IMG/VR virus record: IMGVR_UViG_3300032074_000005
Coordinates: 1-49,175 of that record
Strand: one strand, 5' to 3'
Length of the DNA stretch: 49,175 bases
From: a virus
Lineage: Duplodnaviria; Caudoviricetes
Below are positions 41,974 through 49,175 of the stretch, one piece after another (the stretch's first letter is position 1; every line of letters starts with the position of its first letter). Below the pieces are notes generated by a model. That model saw only the letters and a list, made by a program, of their open reading frames with translations, ran no database searches and was not told the origin of the DNA. The translations under genes were made by a program, and so were the position numbers.

Positions 41974-43016
41974 CAGGCGACCGTGGCGACCATCAGGCCG
42001 CGCGGGTTGTCGAGCACCGGCATCCCGACCGCGTCCACGAAGGTGAACTCGCGGTAGGGCGGCCCAACCTTCTCGACGACGCCGACGATGCCGGCCGCGT
42101 CCTCGAAGGACAGGTCCGTCACTGCCGCGTTGACCAGCTCGAGCGCGGTCGCCGAGACGCCCCACACGGTCCGGCCGAACGGCTGGCCGGCCGGGGGAAC
42201 GAAGATGACCTTGTTCTGCGGCAGGATCCGCGTCGCGGTGCCATCCACGTCGACCTGCGAGTCGTACACGCCGAGGATCGGCGGCAGGCCGCGCTGGTCG
42301 AGCGTCGCGTCCAGCGTGGTGCGGGTGACCATCAGCGACGCGCCGAGGACCGTCCCGGCAGCGGTGCGGATGTTCTGGTTCACCAGCAGGTTGTTCAGCG
42401 TCTGCCGGCTGATCCACATGCCACCCGGCGCGTACCCGTTGAGCCCGATGTAGTAGGTGACCCAGGTGTTGATGTCGCTGATCGGGTCCGCCGTAGCAGT
42501 GGTCGACCACAGAGTCGCCGTCGTGACGAAGTTCCCGGCCGGAACACCCCAGTCGGCCTCCAACACCGGCTCGCCATTCGCGGACAGCATCGTGAACTTG
42601 CCGTCGGACAGGATGTCACCGCGGGCCAACTCCATCCGGTTCTGCACGTTCCGGGTGAGCTGCTCGGCGTCGTTGTAGATCGCCTCCACGAACGCGGCCT
42701 GGTTGGTGCCGCCCGTGCGGGCGAACTCCAGCTTCAGCCGCTCCAGTTCGCCCTGCGCGAGCGAGTCGGAGAGGGGCGGCAGCGTCACCGTGGACACCTG
42801 CGAGACGTCCCGTTGACCGACGTGCAGCGCACCGTCGTAGGCACGGAAGCGCGCCGTCCGGTTGGTGCGGGTGATCTGCCCGACGTCGATGCGGTTGGTC
42901 TGCACATGCACGTCCGGCAGGACGCTGTTGAGCACGTAGTTGGCCGGGACCGGGACCTGCCGCACAAAGGTGGTCAGGTCATCCGGCAGGACCGGGCCGT
43001 CGTAGACGATAGCCAT
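41973..43016 (-). CDS. Major capsid protein
   Basis: 347 aa; ARFRAYD, LPPL, RMELARG..L..GK, DA.GMPVL. Confidence 0.9.
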   Translation of the reverse strand: MAIVYDGPVLPDDLTTFVRQVPVPANYVLNSVLPDVHVQTNRIDVGQITRTNRTARFRAYDGALHVGQRDVSQVSTVTLPPLSDSLAQGELERLKLEFARTGGTNQAAFVEAIYNDAEQLTRNVQNRMELARGDILSDGKFTMLSANGEPVLEADWGVPAGNFVTTATLWSTTATADPISDINTWVTYYIGLNGYAPGGMWISRQTLNNLLVNQNIRTAAGTVLGASLMVTRTTLDATLDQRGLPPILGVYDSQVDVDGTATRILPQNKVIFVPPAGQPFGRTVWGVSATALELVNAAVTDLSFEDAAGIVGVVEKVGPPYREFTFVDAVGMPVLDNPRGLMVATVA

Positions 43017-43042
43017 GATTTGCTCTCTTTCTCAGGCGCCGG

Positions 43043-43477
43043 TCAGGCCGCGTGGTAGATGTTCTTGAGGTCGGCCTGCCCGTTCGCGTCGATGTAGCCG
43101 CCGGCTGCGGCGGTTCCTGACGTGAGCGGCAGCTTCGACACGGACACGGGTGCGAAGGCGACGAGGACGGCGGCGCCGACCTTGCCCTTCGAGGTCCCGT
43201 TGGGCTGGAGCACCTGGGTGCTGGCCGCGAGGTACCCGACCGCGGTCTGGCGACCGTCGGTGGCGGCGTCCAGGTAGGGGCCGAGGAGACCGGTGGCGGT
43301 CACCTTGCCGAGCACGGTGCCGGACGGGATGAACCCGTTCGGGAAGTGCTGCGCGGCCGTGAACAGGGTCACGTCGATGGTCCCCGAGACTCGATGTCCG
43401 GGGTTCTGCGGAGTGCTGAGGTCCCAGGAGAGGTTTTCCGCCTGCTCCTGCACCGTGTAGACGGCGATGTCGGTCAT
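43043..43477 (-). CDS. Head decoration protein
   Basis: H.PNG.IPSG..LGK.TATGL.GPY......G....G.L. Confidence 0.8.
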   Translation of the reverse strand: MTDIAVYTVQEQAENLSWDLSTPQNPGHRVSGTIDVTLFTAAQHFPNGFIPSGTVLGKVTATGLLGPYLDAATDGRQTAVGYLAASTQVLQPNGTSKGKVGAAVLVAFAPVSVSKLPLTSGTAAAGGYIDANGQADLKNIYHAA

Positions 43478-43511
43478 TACTGACCCTTCCTCTTCGGGAT
43501 TGACAGGTGAG

Positions 43512-44228
43512 TTACTGCTTCGCGCCGAACCGCTTCGCGGCCATAGCACGCCCCTGCTCGCCCGGGGCTGGGCGCTGCGGGGTCGGAGCTCCGAGACCGA
43601 ACACGGTCGGGCCTGCGGGACTCCTACGGTTGCCCGTGGCGGGCGCGAACTGCTCAACGCGGGAGAGCACCTTGGCGGTGTCCACCTGCCCGTCGTCGGT
43701 GAGGAACCTTGACAGGTTCAGGTCGGCGATAAAGTCGTCGACCTCGTTCTGGGGCCTCCGGTCGCCGATGGCGACTCGGAAGGCGGTCTCTGCGAGCAGC
43801 GGGAGGTACTTCGCGTCTGCCTCTCGCTGCGTGGTCTGGCGCGCCTCGTCGACGGCCTTCTCCATGTCGGACCTGCTCGCCGCAGTGAGCGCGTCGACCT
43901 GACTTGCCTTCTCGCGGAGAGTGGTGAGTTCCTCCGGGGTGAGCTTGCCGAACGCCTTGACGCGATCCTCGTTGCGACGTGCGTAGTGCTTCCAGTACGC
44001 CTCGCGCTGCTCGGCGGTCATCTGCTCCAGCGGCGTGTTCGCGGGGAATCCGGGCTCGCTGGCCGTGGACGATGCCGAGCCGTCTCCGCTTGCGTCATCG
44101 TCGCCACCGTCACCGGAGTCGTCGCCACCCATGATGGGGAAGCGCGGCCTTCCGTGGCGGTCGATGTAGACGGCGCGGATGCCGGTCAGCGGGTGCGTGG
44201 GCAGGAAGCGGTTGTTCAGGTGTGCCAT
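43512..44228 (-). CDS. Scaffolding protein
   Basis: GFPANTP...MT.E...AYWK..AR..E; helical; FL.DDG.VD. Confidence 0.85.
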   Translation of the reverse strand: MAHLNNRFLPTHPLTGIRAVYIDRHGRPRFPIMGGDDSGDGGDDDASGDGSASSTASEPGFPANTPLEQMTAEQREAYWKHYARRNEDRVKAFGKLTPEELTTLREKASQVDALTAASRSDMEKAVDEARQTTQREADAKYLPLLAETAFRVAIGDRRPQNEVDDFIADLNLSRFLTDDGQVDTAKVLSRVEQFAPATGNRRSPAGPTVFGLGAPTPQRPAPGEQGRAMAAKRFGAKQ

Positions 44229-44266
44229 GTCGGCGTTCTCCCGTGTCGGGTGTTCTCGCCTGCGTC

Positions 44267-45142
44267 TCAGGCGATGTCTGAGGGGCCCGTGAACTTCGCG
44301 CCGCGGACGGAAAGCACTGGTCCGAGTTCGCCGTGCTCGTGCGTCACCAGCACGTCGCGGTACTGCAGGGCCGTCTTGTAGTTGCCGGTACCGGGGATGC
44401 GTCGCGCACCCGCATTCGACGCGCCGAACCGCTGCTCGATGCGGTCGTGAATGTCCTGCAGTGTGTTCAGGTCGAGGATCTGGCCGGGATCGGTGTCCGA
44501 GTAGACGAACTCTTGCCCGCAGTCACAGCCGCCGTGGATCGGCATCAGCTTCGCCGGGTGGTACCGCTGCGTGGATGCGACGATGCACAGCCCACACGAC
44601 GACGGACCTTCGAGGATGCGCCGGACGTACTTGACCCGATCGTCGGCCTTGCCAACCTCGGCGGCGGTGTGGTTCTTCGCCAGTTGCACGTCATCCAGAG
44701 CGAGCTCGACCGCGCGGTCCTCACCAGCGGTGATCGCCTTCTCGATCATGCCTGGCTGATGGGGCAGGTCGTGCAGTTGCCGCCAGGTCAGGTCGAACGG
44801 GCGCCCGTACACCTGATCCGGTGGCGTGCCGAGTCGTGCCGCCGAGCCGGTCACCTTCTCCGGGTCGACTGCGGCCGGCTTGAACGGGGTGCCGAGCGCG
44901 ATCTGCCGCTGATGGGCCAAGAACGCCGACGTCAGCGACGAAACCTGCCGCTGAGCACCGTTCACGACCGGGACAACCTCGCGGATGAACTGCGCCCGCT
45001 GCTGATTGCGGTAGATGCGCAGCGAGCGCCACGTAGACCGCACGTATCGCTCGATCTTGGCCCGTAGACCCTCGGTCTGCGCCTGGTAGGCCGCCGCGAG
45101 CGCCAGCAGCCGCGGATCAGGCTGCGGGGACTGGGTTGCCAC
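44267..45142 (-). CDS. Capsid maturation / MuF-like minor head protein
   Basis: RR.L.G...C.LC..ASTQRY....L.PIH.GCDC; HEHGELGP. Confidence 0.75.
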   Translation of the reverse strand: MATQSPQPDPRLLALAAAYQAQTEGLRAKIERYVRSTWRSLRIYRNQQRAQFIREVVPVVNGAQRQVSSLTSAFLAHQRQIALGTPFKPAAVDPEKVTGSAARLGTPPDQVYGRPFDLTWRQLHDLPHQPGMIEKAITAGEDRAVELALDDVQLAKNHTAAEVGKADDRVKYVRRILEGPSSCGLCIVASTQRYHPAKLMPIHGGCDCGQEFVYSDTDPGQILDLNTLQDIHDRIEQRFGASNAGARRIPGTGNYKTALQYRDVLVTHEHGELGPVLSVRGAKFTGPSDIA

Positions 45143-46673
45143 CGGTTGGGCTTCCCTGAGGTGCAGGCGCGGGGGCTAGCGCGGCGGCCAGGAGTGCGTC
45201 GGAGCTCTTCTGCGCCCGGTTGATCGCCACCTCGTCCGGCGTGAGGCCCCAAATCTTCTGCGCGGCCATGTCCACCGAGAGGGTCTTGTTCTGCGCGTCC
45301 GCGCCGGCCTTCTCGGCGAGACTCGGCCGGTCGGCGGGCTTCCAGTCGAAGATCATTCGGCCGGCGTCTGCTCGGTCGTTCCCGTTCGCGTCGTACCGGT
45401 CGGCTTCTGGCGCGAACGACAGCACCAGTGACATCACCTGCGGCCAGAAGAAGCCCGCGATGTCCTGCCGGTCCTCAACCTTGAGAACCAGACCCTCACG
45501 CTTGGCCTGCGCACCTTCCGCCGACTGGTTCACATCGTCGGAGAGCAGCGCAAACGGCGTGTTCGTCAACGTCGACAGTCGTTTGATCTTGCTCTCGATC
45601 GCCGACAGGAGGCCCTGCATGTCGACCTGGCCAGACTCGTGGATCGTGACGCCCGGCGGCAGCTTCCACAGCGCATCCGGACCAGGCTGGAATATCTCAT
45701 CCCAATTGATCGGCTCGCCCGTGTTCGGGTTCTTGTCCGGCAGGCGGTCCTGGCCGTCGTTTGCGTCCTGCTGAAGCGACCGCTGCTTGTACGCCTGCAC
45801 GCCACCAACCACGTTCAGCAGCATGTCCAGGAAGCTGATGCAGTCGATCAGGTCCAGGTGCTCCTCGAACTCACCAACACCGTCGCGGTTGGTGAGCCGC
45901 ACAACCGGTACGACCGGCTGATCCAAGGTCCGCGAGTACGGGGCCGAGTCGCGCAACTCCTCAGGCACGTCGTCGACGTTCGGGCGCATCGTGAACTGTG
46001 AAGGCTCGAACGACAGCCGCGGAAACCACGGCAGCCGCGCCTGACGGCGGTCCTCAGCCAGAATCCCCGGCACCTGGAACGTCGGCGGCTTCGTCTTGCG
46101 CTCCCGTGTGGCGACATGCTCCTCACCAGGAAGCCACAACAGCGCGTAGTCGGTGCTCGTGATCGGATCCCACATCAACTCGAGCGCCGCGATGGTCCGC
46201 AGCGGGTCGAACGGATCCTGCTCGGTCACCACGTAGCGCGGGTCACGCCTCAGAGCCACCGGAGAGCCGTCGGCACGGACACCGACGCGAACAACCGCCT
46301 CCGAGAACGTCCCCATGTCCGAGTGCACGTCAGGAGCGGCGATATTCAGTCCACATCCTGTCCAGTACCGCCATGCAACCGAGTCGCCCGCGTCGTCATT
46401 GACCGCCGCGGTACGGATCGCCCGGACCGCGAGCCGCTCCACCAGCGCCCGGACCACCGGGCGAGCGAAGTTCGACCGCGACACCCGGTTGAACGCCTGA
46501 AACGTCGTCCGCTGCGACTCGGTAGCCGTCACCAACGGCGGACACCCAGCGCGGTATGCCTCGAGGATGCCGAACCGGAGCAGCCGGCTCCGGTCAAGCA
46601 TCCGCTTCGCCAGCGTGTCCATCCACCACTCGGGCGTGTAGGGGGTTTTCAGCGCAATCGGGTCAAGCGCCAC
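45117..46673 (-). CDS. Portal protein (SPP1 gp6-like)
   Basis: Follows TerL; NF...VV....ER, VPVV...N....GEFE, SAEG. Confidence 0.9.
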   Translation of the reverse strand: MALDPIALKTPYTPEWWMDTLAKRMLDRSRLLRFGILEAYRAGCPPLVTATESQRTTFQAFNRVSRSNFARPVVRALVERLAVRAIRTAAVNDDAGDSVAWRYWTGCGLNIAAPDVHSDMGTFSEAVVRVGVRADGSPVALRRDPRYVVTEQDPFDPLRTIAALELMWDPITSTDYALLWLPGEEHVATRERKTKPPTFQVPGILAEDRRQARLPWFPRLSFEPSQFTMRPNVDDVPEELRDSAPYSRTLDQPVVPVVRLTNRDGVGEFEEHLDLIDCISFLDMLLNVVGGVQAYKQRSLQQDANDGQDRLPDKNPNTGEPINWDEIFQPGPDALWKLPPGVTIHESGQVDMQGLLSAIESKIKRLSTLTNTPFALLSDDVNQSAEGAQAKREGLVLKVEDRQDIAGFFWPQVMSLVLSFAPEADRYDANGNDRADAGRMIFDWKPADRPSLAEKAGADAQNKTLSVDMAAQKIWGLTPDEVAINRAQKSSDALLAAALAPAPAPQGSPTGGNPVPAA

Positions 46674-46695
46674 GCCGTCACCCCTTCACGGTCAG

Positions 46696-48390
46696 TCATC
46701 GGAGGCGGACAGGCGCCACGAACGTCGGTTGCTGGCCTACACCCGCGGCGACCGCATCGAGCCTGCCCTGCCACGCCAGGATGGCCGCCACGGCGGCGTC
46801 GATCTTCTTGTCTGAGTAGTCGTGCTCCTTGGCAAGCGCGAGCTTGCCGTGCCGGAGCCGTCGACGGGCATTCAGCACATGACGCGTCAGGTCGGCAGAC
46901 CCGTCGTGAGTCATGTCCTGGTTGCGAACCGCACCCTCGAGCTGCTCGATGGCCCGCTGGATCAGTCCCGACCGGCCGCCCGTCATCCACCACTCGAACG
47001 GGTGGTCGCGGCTCGAGGTCATGGCCTTCCCTGCCGGCGTCTTGACCAACCGGCCGGCGTACTTCGCTTCCCATGCGTTCACATGCGAACGCCAGTCCTT
47101 CGCCGGGTCGCAGTAGAACGCCGCCACTGAATAGCGGTCGAAGCACTTGGCTATCTCGGCTTCAATCTCGACGATCGGCGGCGACCAGTCCGGCCACTGC
47201 GCCTTGTCCGGCGGCGCCTCCCACACGCGAACCTCGAACAGGTGCCCATCGGAGACTCGACAGCCGACCAGCGCGGTTGCGTCCGGCTTGCCCTTGAATC
47301 GCCCGCGCGAACCGTCGAAACCCAGCGTGATGACGTCGCGGTCTGCGATCACCGCGTTGGGGTCGTAGCACGCCTTCCACTCCGGCTGCGAGAGCCACGA
47401 ATCGGAGGCGTGCGTGATCTGGTTCAACCAGTCCGACCGGGACAGCTGCGGGTCGGCGTCCGGCTCCCAGATCGACGCGGCGATGTGGTCGAGGTTCACC
47501 CAACCGGGACGCTCACACGGCGGCTGATGAATGGCGCACTGAGCAACGTCCGCACTGTCCCCATAGGCGACCGCAAGACCCGCGAGCAGCGAGTCGCGGT
47601 CCTCCATGTCCGTCTCGGCAGGTGCCTCGCGGTGGTCGAAGTAGACACCGTCATCCAGCTTCGTGCGACCCTCGCGGATTGCCTGATACGTCGCCATGCT
47701 CGACTCCGCAACCGAACCGCGGCCCGGCGTGAACGCGTTCGGGGACTCAAGCAGGTGCCCGCCACGCTTGATGACGTTGTTCCGCAGCGTGTTGAACAGC
47801 CGCACACCGCCATTGCTGGCGACCCACTCCTCAGTCTGATCGCAGACCACGAAATGAGCCGGCGCACCCTTCGCTGAACTGGCCTCAGCCGTCCGCTTCT
47901 GGATCTTGCCGTACGGAAGGTTCACGAAACCCGCCATCGGCTCCACGCCGGGATACTCGTCGATCACCGGCCCGCGCTCGAGCATGTCCAGCAGTGGCGC
48001 CCAGGTGTTCGTGTCGACCTGATCCTCGGAAACCGCTGCGATCTCGACCAGCGGCCGACGAACCTCACTCCACGGCATCCCAACCGGCTGCCCGTCCGCG
48101 TCCCAACCGTCGGACAGCGCCGGCCCCAACGCCTCGAAGCACGCCACCGCCGCAGTGAACGGCGACTTACCCCAACCACGCGGCCTCGAGATGATGCCCC
48201 GACGCCGCAGACGAGCCCCGGTGCGCGGATCCAGGCGGTAGAAGTTCAGCAGGAAGTCGGCCTGCTCCTGAGTGGCGACGAACGGCTCATACTCGGGAGA
48301 CTCAGGCCGCGCCAGGTACTCGGTGAACCAGTCGAGGGCCAACCAACCCAGCGTCGGGAAGTCGCCCGGCTCAGCTGGATGCCACGGCAC
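46696..48390 (-). CDS. terL: Terminase large subunit
   Basis: Walker A RPRGWGKS, Walker B VVCDQ, nuclease LGFDGS/DATA, KIDAAVA. Confidence 0.95.
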   Translation of the reverse strand: MPWHPAEPGDFPTLGWLALDWFTEYLARPESPEYEPFVATQEQADFLLNFYRLDPRTGARLRRRGIISRPRGWGKSPFTAAVACFEALGPALSDGWDADGQPVGMPWSEVRRPLVEIAAVSEDQVDTNTWAPLLDMLERGPVIDEYPGVEPMAGFVNLPYGKIQKRTAEASSAKGAPAHFVVCDQTEEWVASNGGVRLFNTLRNNVIKRGGHLLESPNAFTPGRGSVAESSMATYQAIREGRTKLDDGVYFDHREAPAETDMEDRDSLLAGLAVAYGDSADVAQCAIHQPPCERPGWVNLDHIAASIWEPDADPQLSRSDWLNQITHASDSWLSQPEWKACYDPNAVIADRDVITLGFDGSRGRFKGKPDATALVGCRVSDGHLFEVRVWEAPPDKAQWPDWSPPIVEIEAEIAKCFDRYSVAAFYCDPAKDWRSHVNAWEAKYAGRLVKTPAGKAMTSSRDHPFEWWMTGGRSGLIQRAIEQLEGAVRNQDMTHDGSADLTRHVLNARRRLRHGKLALAKEHDYSDKKIDAAVAAILAWQGRLDAVAAGVGQQPTFVAPVRLR

Positions 48391-48811
48391 TGGTGCCGCC
48401 GTACCGCTTCCGCGAGTCAGCGCCGTTCGCCCGCTGCTTGCGCTTGTCGTCCTTCTCGTCCGCGTCCGCGAACGTGATCCGCAGCCGCGCACGGTCCTCA
48501 GGGGTCGCACCGAACTTCGCGACACGTAGACGAACCTCAGCCGCCAGCGTCCACTGACCCTTGCTCCACATCGCGTGATGCATCAAGGCCGTGTCCAGCA
48601 AGAATGACCAGTCGGTAGCCGTGAAGTCCTTCGCCAACTCCGACTCAGTCCACATCGCCCACCAGTCACGCGTGCGCGGATGCCAGTCGATATCATCGGG
48701 AAGCTCGGGAGCAGGCTTGCGGACCAACTGCAGGCTACGGATCGGCGTAGGGTCAGCATTCCGCCGCGCACGACGCGCAGCCGGCTTCGGAGCAGGGCCA
48801 TGACCAGCCAT
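48371..48811 (-). CDS. terS: Terminase small subunit
   Basis: MAG.GPAPK..RARRN..W...T..WW...E.RLRVAKFGATPEDRARLR. Confidence 0.9.
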   Translation of the reverse strand: MAGHGPAPKPAARRARRNADPTPIRSLQLVRKPAPELPDDIDWHPRTRDWWAMWTESELAKDFTATDWSFLLDTALMHHAMWSKGQWTLAAEVRLRVAKFGATPEDRARLRITFADADEKDDKRKQRANGADSRKRYGGTSAVASS

Positions 48812-48860
48812 GTCTACCTCCGATTCCGTGGTGCCAGACCCGTACGCAAGTTCAGCCGCA

Positions 48861-48870
48861 GCACCTTCGG
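48861..48870 (-). other. Candidate 3' cohesive end CCGAAGGTGC
   Basis: Between the HNH and terS; after a C-run and before TGCGGCTG...GTACGGGT, resembling left ends of 3'-cos actinophages (from recall). Confidence 0.45.
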
Positions 48871-48904
48871 GTGTCCGCCGTGGTGGGGGGAGGGGGTCCC
48901 GGCC

Positions 48905-49175
48905 CTACCTCAAGCCTGGATGAGTCTCGCGGGGATGCCGTGCCCGTGCCTGGGCTGCCGCTCTGCCTTGTGCTGCCTCGCGCCGGCTCTTGATCTCGTG
49001 GCAGTGCGCGCACGCACCGCGTCGGTTGCCCAGGTCGTCGGTGCCGCCTTGCTCGAGCGGCACGACGTGGTCGTCCTGCGTGCTGACCCGTATGCATCCG
49101 TCGTACTGCAGGTAGCAGATGGGGTAGAGCCTGAGCACCAGCGCACGGTCCTTGCGGGACTGGCGAGTGCTGCCT
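48905..49175 (-). CDS. Terminase-associated HNH endonuclease (about 94 aa; start at position 141 across the junction)
   Basis: C....C.....DH..P...GG.D...N....C..CH..K. Confidence 0.9.
   Translation of the reverse strand, partial: GSTRQSRKDRALVLRLYPICYLQYDGCIRVSTQDDHVVPLEQGGTDDLGNRRGACAHCHEIKSRREAAQGRAAAQARARHPRETHPGLR
49049..49175 (+). repeat. 127-bp terminal direct repeat (copy 2)
   Basis: Identical to 1-127. Confidence 0.95.

Larger units (their letters stand above)
1..49175 (-). mobile_element. Complete temperate siphovirus genome (actinobacteriophage), circularly permuted assembly
   Basis: Full set of packaging, head, tail, lysis, integration, immunity and replication modules; intact attP; terminal overlap; WhiB genes and high GC point to an actinobacterial host. 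Confidence 0.95.

Noticed and set aside
44267-45142. MuF-fused toxin domain
   Set aside because: Protein is only 291 aa with no C-terminal extension
46696-48390. Intein in TerL or RtcB
   Set aside because: Both have normal lengths and no C/S...HN splice motifs were seen

Overview
The window is a complete, circularly assembled temperate siphovirus genome of a high-GC actinobacterium. Bases 1-127 repeat 49049-49175, giving a unit length of about 49,048 bp, and most genes are on the minus strand. Reading leftwards from the right end, it carries a packaging HNH, a candidate cos site, TerS/TerL, portal, head and tail genes, an FN3+GH26-like protein and a fragmented lysis region. A second tail/esterase module follows, then a plus-strand accessory array, attP (3' half of tRNA-Val TAC), an rtcB-integrase operon, the repressor/Cro/Xis switch, and a long early arm (WhiB, RecE-like, two methyltransferases, nucleotidyltransferase, HNHs, DEDDy exonuclease). 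Three observations stand out. (1) Unrelated small ORFs scattered across the genome share conserved start and end sequences that are self-complementary within each gene, suggesting a mobile gene-cassette system. (2) A G-GGA-AAA slippery site and hairpin at the endolysin stop codon would fuse the lysin to an EEP-family domain by -1 frameshifting. (3) An RtcB RNA ligase is translationally coupled to an integrase whose attP core starts in a tRNA anticodon loop. All product calls are from motif recognition by eye; no searches were run.
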